This document shows, piece after piece, positions 1 through 9,578 of a stretch of 64,000 bases of DNA; positions within the stretch are counted from its first letter, which is position 1, and each line of letters opens with the position of its first letter. The translations under genes were made by a program, and so were the position numbers. Below the pieces are notes generated by a model. That model ran no database searches. It worked only from the letters and a program-made list of their open reading frames with translations, and was not told the origin of the DNA. Origin of the DNA: a bacterium (GTDB taxonomy: Bacteria; UBA8248); NCBI GenBank assembly GCA_965261085.1, contig OZ253442.1, positions 2,912,001-2,976,000 of the forward strand. Reading direction: 5' to 3'.

Positions 1-743
1 TGACGAACGGGATTTTCGTCGACTTCATCCAGCGCAAGCAAAAACCCTTCCACAAGGGCAAGGCGATGATGAGCATCCGGGGCATCGGCCCGGTATCCAC
101 CTCCTGGTTCCAGATGGCGACGTTCCACAGGACCGGCATCAAGACCTACCACGATCTCGCCGGCAAGCGGGTGAACGTGGGTCCGAGGGGAAGCTCCACG
201 CTCTTCATGACGACGTTCATCACCGACAGCATCGGGATCACCGACAAGATCCGCAAGGACTACCTGGGCTGGGCCGCCGCCGCCACCAACATGATCGACA
301 GCAAGATCGACGCCTTCAGCATCCCGAACCCGGTGCCCTCGCCCTCGATTCTGCGCGCCTCGCGCAGCGGCCCGCTCCGCATCCTGAGCATCCCCGAGAA
401 GGTGCGCGACAAGTTCGTGGCTCTCAGTTCGGGCTATTACAAGGATGACAAGGACGCCAGCCCCTACCAGGGGATGAAGGGCAAGAAGTTCAAGACGGTC
501 GCCTACACCATCTTCGCCGTGGCGAACGAGAAAGTTCCCAACGACGTCATCTACGAGGTGACGCAGCGGGTGTACGACAAGGCGAACCGCGAATTTTTGA
601 TCAACGTATTCAAGGGCTGGAAGATCGGGCTGGATTTCGCCGCGAAGTCGGATGAGTTCATCAAGCAGATGGGCAGCTTCAAATTGAAGGTCCACCCCGG
701 CGCCGCGCGCTACTGGAAGGCGAAAGGTTACATGGTCAACTAG
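1..743 (+). CDS. TAXI-family TRAP transporter solute-binding protein (5'-truncated by window edge)
   Basis: Frame is open from position 3. Carries the TAXI motifs DLAGKRVNVGPRGS and HPGAARYWK and lies upstream of a 4TM/12TM permease. Confidence 0.9.
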   Translation, partial: TNGIFVDFIQRKQKPFHKGKAMMSIRGIGPVSTSWFQMATFHRTGIKTYHDLAGKRVNVGPRGSSTLFMTTFITDSIGITDKIRKDYLGWAAAATNMIDSKIDAFSIPNPVPSPSILRASRSGPLRILSIPEKVRDKFVALSSGYYKDDKDASPYQGMKGKKFKTVAYTIFAVANEKVPNDVIYEVTQRVYDKANREFLINVFKGWKIGLDFAAKSDEFIKQMGSFKLKVHPGAARYWKAKGYMVN

Positions 744-765
744 ACGTTTCCCGGATTCTTTAGTT

Positions 766-794
766 CCCCCGGAGGGCAGAGCGCCTTCCGGGGG
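766..794 (+). terminator. GC-rich stem-loop between solute-binding gene and permease (attenuator/mRNA stabiliser)
   Basis: CCCCCGGAGGGC-AGAGC-GCCTTCCGGGGG inverted repeat with no strong U-tract. Confidence 0.55.
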
Positions 795-836
795 GTCTGG
801 TTCAGGCGTCTGTCATTCAAAATCGGGTGAGAAAGG

Positions 837-3446
837 GTGGCGATGGGGAAGTTTTTCAATTTTTTCTGGAGATGGATACGATTCATCTTCGCCCCGGAGT
901 CGGCCATCCGCCGGGATATCGAACCCGGCCTCCAGAAGAAAAACCTGCCCGTCTTTATATTTCTCTCCGCCCTTCTCCTCGTCTACATCGTTATCTTCGC
1001 AGGGAGAAAATACAACCTCTACCTTCCCTATGAGATCTCCTGGGAATGGCAGGAGGTCGAATTCCCCGCTCTCGAGTTCTGGCTCTACGCGCTCATCTGG
1101 CTCTACGTCTCGGGCCTGTGCATTCTGCCGAAGCCGACGATCCTGCTGTCTTCGTTCGTGTTCGCCGCCTATTTTCTGTACGGCGCTGCGAACAGGGCGC
1201 CGGTGGATTTCGGCCTGGGGTTCGGCGAGGTCATCGTCTACATCCTCTCCCCGCTCCTCACGGCGGGGATGGAGAAATCCCTCTCGGCGATATGGGAGAC
1301 GCTCCACTTTCCGGGGCTCTCCATCTATGCGTATCATTTCTACCTGCCCCTGTACGTGATCTTCACCGCCATCCTGACGTTCATCTTCTATCCGGCGCGC
1401 AAGGGCGCTCCGACGAGGCGGCCCTCCGCCGTGGACCTCCTCCTGTGCGCGGGAGTGGTCGTCTTCACGGTGGAATACGTCATGAACTTCGCCGACAGGG
1501 GAGACCGGGCGGGCCTCGTCCTCTGGCCGGACGTCGCCATGGGAACCATCGCCATCATCGTTTCAATCGAAATGTGCCGCCGGGTGCTGGGCTGGGTGCT
1601 CCCGCTGCTGGGGATGTTCTTTTTCTATTACGCCATGTACGGCAACTATTTTCCCGGACGACTCCTGCACAAGGGGTTTTCCTACAACGAGGTCGTGAGC
1701 TTCATCTACGGAACCTCGGGCATCTTCGGCGTCATCGCCAACGTGTATGCGAGCTATGTGTTCCTGTTCATCCTGTTCGGCGTCTTTCTCGAAAAAACGA
1801 AAGTCGGCGACGTGTTCATCGACCTTTCCTACGCCCTGGTGGGCCGTCTGCGCGGAGGAGCCGCCAAGGCGTCGGTCGTATCGAGCGGCTTGGTGGGCTC
1901 GGTGGTGGGAAGCGGGGCGGCGAACATCGTCATCACCGGAACCTTTACGATTCCCCTGATGAAGCGCGCGGGCTACAAACCCCACTACGCGGCGGCGGTC
2001 GAGGCGGTCTCTTCCATCGGCGGCCACCTGCTTCCGCCCATCATGGGCTCGGCGGCCTTTCTCGTGGCGGCGTTCACCGAGACGGACTACGGGTGGATAG
2101 CGCTCATATCGCTCGTGCCCGCGCTGATGTACTACTTCTCGGTCTACATGTCGGTTCACTTCCGCTCGGGTCTGGACGGCATCCACGGCCTCTCGAAAGA
2201 AGAGTTGCCCGAACTGCTGCCCCTGCTGAAAAAAGACGGCTACCTGCTGCTGCCGGTGGCGCTGCTCATCTGCCGGCTCGTCATCGGGCGCTCGCCCTTC
2301 GACGCCGCGCTGTGGTCCATCATCCTGGCGATGGTTCTGGGATTTTTCCGCGAGGACACACGCCTGCTGGCCCTGCCGCCGGTTCTCGCGCGCCTCGTTG
2401 GCCGGCCCGGGTGGAGCACCCGCAACGACAGGCTCGAATACCAGTCCGCGAAACACCTTAAAAAACTCATGGAATCGGGCAAGAGCTTGGAAGTTGCCGA
2501 TACGGAGGCGACCGCCTACCTGGAAGCGGCGAAGGCGGAAGCACCCGGAAATCCCCTGATGGAGAACTGGCCGCTACTCGCCGGGTTGGGGCTTTTGATC
2601 GTTTTGCCCATGGCGGGGCACACCCTGCCCGAGGCGATTTTCTGGTCGGTGCTCGCGGCGGCGATACTGTCCTCTCCGCGCGTTCTGGACGGGCTCGAAC
2701 GAGGCGCCATCAACTCGCTCATCATCGGCGTGACGGCGGGCGTCATGGGCATCGTGCTCGCCGGGGTATCCATGCCCGGCCTCGGCATCAAGTTCTCCTC
2801 GATCATCCTGGGCTATTCGTCCTTCCTCGACAACGCCTTCGGCATCACGGGAACCGCGCTTCCGGTGGCGATTCTACTGTGCACCGTCGCCAGCTACATT
2901 ATGGGGATGGGCATGACGATCACGGCGAGCTACGTCCTGCTCTCGATCCTCGCCGTTCCGGCTCTCGTGGAACTCGGCGTGCCGCTGCTGAGCGCGCACC
3001 TGATGATCCTCTGGCTGAGTCAGGACGCCTCGCTCACGCCGCCCTTCGCGCTGGGCGCGTTCATCGCGGCGGGCGTGGCGGGGGCTGACCCGATGCGCAC
3101 AGGCTTCGCCTCGCTCAAGCTGGGCAAGGCGCTCTATATCGTCCCCTTCATGATGGCCTACACCCCGATCAATATGACGCCGGGCTCGGAGTGGTTCGAC
3201 ATCATCATCGTCTGGGGGACCGGCTTCATGGGCTTTTTCTGCACCTCCGCGTCGCTCGAGGGCTACATGCGCAGAAAGCTGGAGATTTGGGAGCGAATCG
3301 TCTTCGCCCTGGCGGGTGGTCTGCTGTTCTTCTACGTGCCGTGGATGAAGATAACGGGCGCGCTCATCATGGCCGCCATGATCACCATCCAGTTCATGGG
3401 CGCGAAGGATGAAGGCGCAACCTCGCCCAGCCCTGCGGCGTCCTAG
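837..3446 (+). CDS. TRAP transporter fused permease (4TM/12TM, DctM-like)
   Basis: 869-aa hydrophobic protein with GGAAKASVVSS, TGTFTIPLMKRAG, AAVEAVSSIGG..PPIMGSAAF and TPP motifs. Confidence 0.92.
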   Translation: MAMGKFFNFFWRWIRFIFAPESAIRRDIEPGLQKKNLPVFIFLSALLLVYIVIFAGRKYNLYLPYEISWEWQEVEFPALEFWLYALIWLYVSGLCILPKPTILLSSFVFAAYFLYGAANRAPVDFGLGFGEVIVYILSPLLTAGMEKSLSAIWETLHFPGLSIYAYHFYLPLYVIFTAILTFIFYPARKGAPTRRPSAVDLLLCAGVVVFTVEYVMNFADRGDRAGLVLWPDVAMGTIAIIVSIEMCRRVLGWVLPLLGMFFFYYAMYGNYFPGRLLHKGFSYNEVVSFIYGTSGIFGVIANVYASYVFLFILFGVFLEKTKVGDVFIDLSYALVGRLRGGAAKASVVSSGLVGSVVGSGAANIVITGTFTIPLMKRAGYKPHYAAAVEAVSSIGGHLLPPIMGSAAFLVAAFTETDYGWIALISLVPALMYYFSVYMSVHFRSGLDGIHGLSKEELPELLPLLKKDGYLLLPVALLICRLVIGRSPFDAALWSIILAMVLGFFREDTRLLALPPVLARLVGRPGWSTRNDRLEYQSAKHLKKLMESGKSLEVADTEATAYLEAAKAEAPGNPLMENWPLLAGLGLLIVLPMAGHTLPEAIFWSVLAAAILSSPRVLDGLERGAINSLIIGVTAGVMGIVLAGVSMPGLGIKFSSIILGYSSFLDNAFGITGTALPVAILLCTVASYIMGMGMTITASYVLLSILAVPALVELGVPLLSAHLMILWLSQDASLTPPFALGAFIAAGVAGADPMRTGFASLKLGKALYIVPFMMAYTPINMTPGSEWFDIIIVWGTGFMGFFCTSASLEGYMRRKLEIWERIVFALAGGLLFFYVPWMKITGALIMAAMITIQFMGAKDEGATSPSPAAS

Positions 3447-3545
3447 TCAAGAGGCGGCTTTTCTGATTTTGCCTTCAACCCGCTTCACCAGGATGGATTT
3501 TGCTCGTTGTCTAAAATGAAAACTATTTGATCGGGAGAACTTCTG

Positions 3546-4577
3546 GTGCAACCTAATTTGAAGGATGGGTATATCAAGTGCCGTCTAATCCATCTGGATG
3601 GCGGCTCTGTTGTTCAACCAGACATCCTCTTTCGGGATCATCAAGAAGGAGATTTCTTTATACCGCGCTTCTTTTATCGCAATTGCATTTCATATTTTGA
3701 CGATGCCAGCGAAAATCAATGCCATTTCATCTTGGTTGTGCAGGACGATATATGCCTTTGCGTTAATTTTCTCAAACGGAACCACCTAGTTACATTTTCA
3801 GATGGAAGCGTGATTTACAAATGTACTTTCTCAAAGCTCAGTGGCGAAGGCGAACCACAGATAGACGGTCGTTGGTGCCTACGAGAAGAGCAAAGATTCC
3901 AGTTGAATTTATTTCACCACACCACTGAGGCAGGATATCACGACATCACGAAAAGCCAAGAAATATGGGGCTCTCGTCTAAACATTCAGGGCAACTTATA
4001 TCTCAGTAACATCGCTTATGGTTATTTCACCAATCTTCCAGCAATCCGAACCGAGGAGGATTTGCAAAAAATTGCAATGTCCAATTCAGGGTTGATTGGT
4101 GTAGTTCCAACCAACGCGCCCTATCACCCCCACTACGCTAAATCTGTGCCCATTCCTAAAAAGCAGCCTACACATGTTTCTCGTGTTATGGGATTTTGGA
4201 TTGATGCTGATTTGATTGCCCCCAATCACCTTTGGTTACACCGTCCTATGGGTCATCCTTTGAATTACGAGGTCGTGCTTCCAAATGTTTTCCGTGTCGG
4301 GGTGCAGCCAGATGCAAACTTACTAATTGACCGCCAGGAAATCCGTATCCCTGAACAAGACAGAAAAAATTTTAATTCTGTAATCGTTGGCAATGCAGAT
4401 ACTTATGAAGGATTACAAGCACCTTTTAACGAAGAAGAAACAAAGGATTTGGCAGCTATTGATCAATTTGCAGCCGATGATGAAATCACTGAGTTTTGGC
4501 AGCAGAACGCAAATTCTAACCTATTTGATGGTCGAACCATCGAGCACCCTGAGTTTAACTCGCCAGAAGATCAATAG
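3546..4577 (+). CDS. AT-rich orphan protein, possible ADP-ribosyltransferase-fold (HYD-type) domain
   Basis: 343-aa ORF, visibly more AT-rich than its neighbours; LFHHTTEAGY..I..S and YGYFT motifs. Confidence 0.7.
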   Translation: MQPNLKDGYIKCRLIHLDGGSVVQPDILFRDHQEGDFFIPRFFYRNCISYFDDASENQCHFILVVQDDICLCVNFLKRNHLVTFSDGSVIYKCTFSKLSGEGEPQIDGRWCLREEQRFQLNLFHHTTEAGYHDITKSQEIWGSRLNIQGNLYLSNIAYGYFTNLPAIRTEEDLQKIAMSNSGLIGVVPTNAPYHPHYAKSVPIPKKQPTHVSRVMGFWIDADLIAPNHLWLHRPMGHPLNYEVVLPNVFRVGVQPDANLLIDRQEIRIPEQDRKNFNSVIVGNADTYEGLQAPFNEEETKDLAAIDQFAADDEITEFWQQNANSNLFDGRTIEHPEFNSPEDQ

Positions 4578-4692
4578 CAGAAATATTTCAACTGGTTGCG
4601 GATGACACCGGGGATCTCCCGTTCACGTATCAACCCTAAATCGTGCTGAAGTGTCATGAATTACTGTTCTTTCATTGCACCAGCCTCTCTCT

Positions 4693-5631
4693 TTACTCCG
4701 GCAGACAGCGCGCGAGATGCGCCTTCAGCGCGCCGCCGCAGTAGGAACGGGCGAAATCTTCCCCGTGCGCGGCGGCGAGGCGCTCGGCGAAGCCCTGGAT
4801 CCCCCAGATTCCGCGAAATTCATCGAACAGGCGCCTCCCGTCGGGAGCGGGCCGGTTGATGCCCGCAAAATCGCTGCCAAGCGCCACCTGGTGGGGGGCG
4901 ATTTCGGCCAGAAACTCGATTTCCTCCAGATAGCGCTCGAACGTCTCCAGGAACCCGGGGTGCGGCGCAAGTCCGATGAGCGCGCCCGTCTCTGAGAGTC
5001 TCCTCGCCATATCGCGCGGCAGCCCCCGCTCGCCGAAGACGGGCAGCACCGGCTCATCGAGATGTCCGTGGGAGTAGTGCATCTCCTGTCCGGTGACGAG
5101 GGCCAGATCGATCATGTCCGATTTCGTCTGGTGGTTCGCGTGCGCGCAATCGAGCAGAAAACCCATGCGCCAGGCCTGCATGAGAAAGGCGCGGCCCAGG
5201 GGCGTGAGACCCCGCGCGGGGTCTCCCATGGCCCCGCCGCCCAGTGCGTTGTCGTCGTTATAGAGGGGGCCGATGCTGCGCACGCCCTCCTCCCACAGCC
5301 ACTCCAAGTGTTTCAGGTCGTCCTCGACTTCGATGAAATAGACGCCTTCCGCGTGAATCAACTGCCTGCCAACTCCCTTTAAGTCCGCCCGGGTGAGAAC
5401 GACGCTCAAGCCCACCGCCGAGCGAATCCGCTCCAGATCGCGCCTGATCAACTCGAATTGCGCCTCCTGCGGCGCTCCTCCCAGCCTTTCCAGGGCAGAG
5501 AACACACCGCCCAGCTTCGCCGCCGTGGGGATGTCGATCTGCTCCGCCAGATAGGCGCGTTCATCGGGCAAATCCACCATCCAGCGCAGATCGGTATGAA
5601 AATCCCAAACGTCTTTCAGTTCAATCGGCAT
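4693..5631 (-). CDS. Membrane dipeptidase (peptidase M19 / renal dipeptidase family)
   Basis: Metal-ligand motifs DFHTD, DCAH, YSH and GSDFAG; GLTPLGR. Start chosen at the ATG after GGGAGAG. Confidence 0.85.
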   Translation of the reverse strand: MPIELKDVWDFHTDLRWMVDLPDERAYLAEQIDIPTAAKLGGVFSALERLGGAPQEAQFELIRRDLERIRSAVGLSVVLTRADLKGVGRQLIHAEGVYFIEVEDDLKHLEWLWEEGVRSIGPLYNDDNALGGGAMGDPARGLTPLGRAFLMQAWRMGFLLDCAHANHQTKSDMIDLALVTGQEMHYSHGHLDEPVLPVFGERGLPRDMARRLSETGALIGLAPHPGFLETFERYLEEIEFLAEIAPHQVALGSDFAGINRPAPDGRRLFDEFRGIWGIQGFAERLAAAHGEDFARSYCGGALKAHLARCLPE

Positions 5632-5771
5632 CCGCATTCTCTCCCGGATCAGGGCCGAGGAATTTCCCCGGCGTAAAGCATCATCATACCATGCAGGAAT
5701 CCGGATTCGCCTTTGCGCTCTCTCCCAAGCTCGCATAGTCTGGCGTCTCGATTTTCAAGGAGGATGTTTCG

Positions 5772-6557
5772 ATGCCGGAAAAACCACTGGTACTCGTGAA
5801 GCGCGACGGCCCGCTCGCCACGCTCACGCTCAACCGCCCCGAGAAGAGAAACGCCATGAACACGGAGATGACCCGCGACGCGAAATCGGCGCTGGCCGAA
5901 CTCGCGGGGGCAGAGGACTTGCGCGTCCTGATCATCGAGGGCGCGGGCAGCGTCTTCTCAGCCGGGGCCGACGTGGTCGAAATGGGCGCGTTGAGCGAAG
6001 ATAACGCGCGCGCCTTCATCTCGAACCTCCATTCCCTCATCCGCTGTGTTCGCGAATTCCCGCAGCCGGTGGTCTGCAAGTGCAGGGGCTACGTTCTGGG
6101 CGGCGCGCTGGAGCTGATGCTCGGCTGCGATCTCCGGGTCGCCGCGAACGATACAAAATTCGGCATGCCCGAGGTGAGGGTCGGCGTGCCCTCCGTCATC
6201 GAGGCGGCGCTGTTCCTGCCCTTCTGCGGCTTGGGCGCCGCGCAGGACTTACTCCTCACGGGCAGGACGTTCGACGCCAAAGAGGCTCATCTCTTTGGAA
6301 TCATCCAGCGGATATGCGCGCCATCAGAACTTGAGGAAGTTACGCAAAGAGCTGTGACGGAGCTTCTCCAGGCCGCGCCCGGCGCTCTGCGCGCCCAGAA
6401 GGCGCTGTTGAGGCGATGGACGAAGGATTATCTCGAGGCCGCCATTCCGCCTTCTATCGACGCCTTCGAGGCTTCGTTCCGGACCGGTGAGCCGCAGGAG
6501 GGCATGGCCGCAGCGCATGAGAAGCGTCCCCCAGCCTGGTCGCCCGGGGAAGGATAA
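5772..6557 (+). CDS. Enoyl-CoA hydratase/isomerase family protein
   Basis: LTLNRPEKRNA, FSAGAD, GGALE..L.CD and FGMPE motifs; AGGAGG RBS. Confidence 0.93.
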   Translation: MPEKPLVLVKRDGPLATLTLNRPEKRNAMNTEMTRDAKSALAELAGAEDLRVLIIEGAGSVFSAGADVVEMGALSEDNARAFISNLHSLIRCVREFPQPVVCKCRGYVLGGALELMLGCDLRVAANDTKFGMPEVRVGVPSVIEAALFLPFCGLGAAQDLLLTGRTFDAKEAHLFGIIQRICAPSELEEVTQRAVTELLQAAPGALRAQKALLRRWTKDYLEAAIPPSIDAFEASFRTGEPQEGMAAAHEKRPPAWSPGEG

Positions 6558-6708
6558 AACCCGGGAGAAAACGCACCCTCCTCCCTGCGGTGGCGTTCGC
6601 TCATTCCTTGTGGCATCTTCAAGCCTCTCGCTGGACACCGATGCGGCGCATGGCATGTCGCTCCCAAGCACCACACGAGAGCCGCTGGGGTGAGACAGGA
6701 GAATAAAG

Positions 6709-7038
6709 GTGACGGAAGACGAGGTGCTGATCGAGCGCATACGCCCGATTCTCAGGCGGCGCAAGGGATTTTCCGAAAAACGGATGTTCGGCGGCGTGTG
6801 CTTCATGATCAACGGCAATATGTGCGCAGGCACGTGGAAGGGCGCACTCATCGTGCGGCTCGCCAGGGAGAACCACGAGGCGACGCTTGCGGAGCCCCAC
6901 ACGAAGCCTGCCGACATGGCGGGCAGGATCATGAAAGGATGGGCGTTGGTGGAACCGGCGGGAATCGAGCCGGATGAGGCTCTTAAAAACTGGGTGCGCC
7001 GGGCGGCGAAGTTCGCAGGCTCGCTTCCCCCCAAGTGA
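6709..7038 (+). CDS. TfoX N-terminal domain protein
   Basis: EKRMFGG.CFMING, MKGW..V and W+..A motifs; AGGAG RBS before GTG. Confidence 0.88.
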   Translation: MTEDEVLIERIRPILRRRKGFSEKRMFGGVCFMINGNMCAGTWKGALIVRLARENHEATLAEPHTKPADMAGRIMKGWALVEPAGIEPDEALKNWVRRAAKFAGSLPPK

Positions 7039-7084
7039 GCACAACGCCATATTCGTGTAGATTCACTCTCATGAAGGATGAGGA

Positions 7085-8080
7085 ATGAAAGCGATAACCG
7101 TACAGGGAGACGCCGGAATCGAAGGCCTGGTATACGGCGAGGTTCCCACGCCCGAGCCGGGAGAAGGCGAAGTGCGAGTAAAACTCCTGGCCTCAGGGAT
7201 CAACCACATCGACGTCTACCAGTGCACCCCTGAGATAGTGCAGCACAAAAAGCCCCACACCATGGGCGCGGACGGGGCGGGCGTCGTTGATAAGGCGGGA
7301 CCGGGAGCGACCTTAAAGCCGGGCGATGAGGTGATCCTCGACCCCAACCTGGGCGACCCCACCCAGCCTGGCTACGGCCTCGTGGGCGCGCACTGTGCGG
7401 GCACGCACGCGGAATTCATCGTATTGCCGGAAAAGAATTTCTTTCCAAAACCAGAGAACCTCTCCTTCGAGGAAGCGGCGGCGCTTCCTCTCGCTCTCTG
7501 CACGGCCTATCGCCAGCTCATCAGCCGCGCACGGCTTACAGCGGGCGAGAGCGTCCTCATCCACGGGGTGGGCGGCGGCGTCATGCTCTATTGCTTACAA
7601 CTCGCGTCTCAGGCGGGGGCTTTCGCCATCGTCACCTCATCGAGTGACGAAAAGCTCAAGACCGCTGAATCATTAGGGGCTGACGTCTGCATCAATTACA
7701 AGACGACCGACGTCGCCGGGGCCGTGATGGACGCCACCGATGGATGGGGAGCCGACGTGGTGGTCGACAACGTGGGCGCGCCCACCTTCGCGGTGAGTGC
7801 GAAATGCGTCGCGCTAAACGGGCGCATCACCATCGTGGGCGGGGCCGCGCACCACGTGATCCCGGAGGTGAACCTGCGCGATTTGTACTTCAAGCAGGTC
7901 GACATCCACACCTCCACCATGGCGACGCCGGAAGAATTCCGGGAGGCGATGGCTCTTGCCGCAGAGGGCAAAGTGAAGGCCCACATCGACTCCACATACC
8001 CCCTCTCCCGGTTCCGCGAAGCCATAGAGCGCGTGGCGGAGGGCTTGCAATTCGGGAAAGTGGTGATAACAAGAGATTAG
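7085..8080 (+). CDS. MDR-family (zinc-binding ADH-like) NADPH:quinone oxidoreductase
   Basis: P.P.PGEGEV.V, GINHID, GADGAGVV, HGVGGGV and FGKVVI motifs. Confidence 0.9.
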   Translation: MKAITVQGDAGIEGLVYGEVPTPEPGEGEVRVKLLASGINHIDVYQCTPEIVQHKKPHTMGADGAGVVDKAGPGATLKPGDEVILDPNLGDPTQPGYGLVGAHCAGTHAEFIVLPEKNFFPKPENLSFEEAAALPLALCTAYRQLISRARLTAGESVLIHGVGGGVMLYCLQLASQAGAFAIVTSSSDEKLKTAESLGADVCINYKTTDVAGAVMDATDGWGADVVVDNVGAPTFAVSAKCVALNGRITIVGGAAHHVIPEVNLRDLYFKQVDIHTSTMATPEEFREAMALAAEGKVKAHIDSTYPLSRFREAIERVAEGLQFGKVVITRD

Positions 8081-8129
8081 GGGCGACGCGCACGCCGCTT
8101 CGCGTGGATCGTTCATTCCAGGAGAAGAC

Positions 8130-9278
8130 ATGAAAAGACACATCGCCAGAACCGTCGCCGCGACCTCAGGGGGAGAGCGCGCCAACCACATGACGGCCAG
8201 AAAGCCGCCGGGTATAGCTTCACTCGATTCAGGAACACCCAATTTCCCCACGCCCGAGCACATCCAAGAGGCCGCCAAGGAGGCGCTCGAGCAGGGTCTC
8301 ACCGGTTATGCGCCGGGCCAGGGGGACCCTGAATTCCTCGAAGCCGTGTGCGAACACATCGAGCGCGAGTCGAACGCGAAGTACACGCCCGATTCCATCA
8401 TCGCCACGAACGGCGCCAGTTCGGGCATCTACGCCGTCATGACGACGTTCCTGGACCCGGGGGATGAGGCCATACTGATGGACCCCACGTTTTCGCTTTA
8501 CGCCCACGTCGCGCTTCAACTGGGGGCCGTCCCCGTCCACGTGCCGCACGACGCGGATTATCAGATCGACGTCGAGGCCGTTCGTAGCGCCATCACCCCA
8601 CGTACGCGCCTGATCCTCGTCAACAACCCGAACAATCCCATGGGCGTGGTCTACCGGCGCGACGACCTTGTGGCCCTGGTCGAACTCGCCGCAACACACG
8701 ACCTCATGGTGGTATCAGATGAGGCGTATGCGAAAATCCTGCAACCCGGCTTCGAGCACGTGCCCCTGCTCTCGTTCACCGATCACAGGGATCGCCTTAT
8801 CCTGCTCGACACTTTTTCCAAAACCTATTCGATGACCGGCTGGCGGCTGGGCTACATGGTCGTTCCTGCGGATCTGACCCAGCCGATGTTCAGCGTGCAC
8901 CGCTCCATCAACGGGCCGATCAACACCTTCGTCCAGCGCGCGGGCGCGGCGGCGCTCAGAGGCTCCCAGGAGTGCGTGGAGGAGATGGGGCGCGAATACC
9001 ACAAGCGGGGCCGCCTCATGAACGAGATGACGCGCGCCATCCCCGGCCTGATTCCCATCGAGCCGCAGGGCGGGTTTTATCAATATTGCCGCTATGAATA
9101 CCCCATTCCCTCGGCCGATGTGAGAAAGCGCGTCTGGGAGGCCGGGGCGGCGATTCGTAGCGGTTCGGAATTCGGCGAGGCGGGTGAAAACCACCTGCGT
9201 TTCACCTATTCGGTGGATGAAGAAGTGATCGAAAAAGGCATGAAGATCGTGGGCGAGGTATTCCGCCACCTCGGCTGA
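8130..9278 (+). CDS. PLP-dependent aminotransferase class I/II (AspC-like)
   Basis: NNPNNPMG, SDEAY and FSKTYSMTGWRLG (PLP Lys) motifs. Confidence 0.93.
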   Translation: MKRHIARTVAATSGGERANHMTARKPPGIASLDSGTPNFPTPEHIQEAAKEALEQGLTGYAPGQGDPEFLEAVCEHIERESNAKYTPDSIIATNGASSGIYAVMTTFLDPGDEAILMDPTFSLYAHVALQLGAVPVHVPHDADYQIDVEAVRSAITPRTRLILVNNPNNPMGVVYRRDDLVALVELAATHDLMVVSDEAYAKILQPGFEHVPLLSFTDHRDRLILLDTFSKTYSMTGWRLGYMVVPADLTQPMFSVHRSINGPINTFVQRAGAAALRGSQECVEEMGREYHKRGRLMNEMTRAIPGLIPIEPQGGFYQYCRYEYPIPSADVRKRVWEAGAAIRSGSEFGEAGENHLRFTYSVDEEVIEKGMKIVGEVFRHLG

Positions 9279-9310
9279 CCCGCCCACATTCCTGGGGAAG
9301 GATACTCTCT

Positions 9311-9535
9311 ATGACATACGGAAAATCATCGCTTCTGCTGTCGGGTCTGCTCCTGATGGGCCTCTTTCTCCTCGGAGGCTGTTCGGAGGAGGAGAAGAAA
9401 CCAGAAATTTCGGCGAACCTCTGCCTCACGCTGCCCAACGAGATGGTTCTCGGCCCATACGACACGAAAGAAGCATGCCAGACGGCGCGCGAGAACATGC
9501 CCGACGGGGTATGCGCTACGTGTGAGAAAAAATAA
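9311..9535 (+). CDS. Small lipoprotein with four additional cysteines
   Basis: Hydrophobic signal ending in lipobox LGGC; GGAAGGA RBS; followed by a terminator. Confidence 0.75.
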   Translation: MTYGKSSLLLSGLLLMGLFLLGGCSEEEKKPEISANLCLTLPNEMVLGPYDTKEACQTARENMPDGVCATCEKK

Positions 9536-9570
9536 AAAAGGGGCCGCCCCCCAGGGGTAGCGGCCCTTTT
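9536..9570. terminator. Bidirectional rho-independent terminator
   Basis: AAAAGGGGCCGC...GCGGCCCTTTT between convergent genes. Confidence 0.8.
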
Positions 9571-9578
9571 CGGCTTCA

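Noticed and set aside
1046-2461. 471-aa alternative-frame ORF (and similar long overlaps such as 11421-12911, 11789-12943, 15792-16658, 42254-43651, 50243-51247)
   Set aside because: These are Arg/Gly/Pro-rich shadow frames of well-supported genes, expected in GC-rich DNA; they carry no family motifs.
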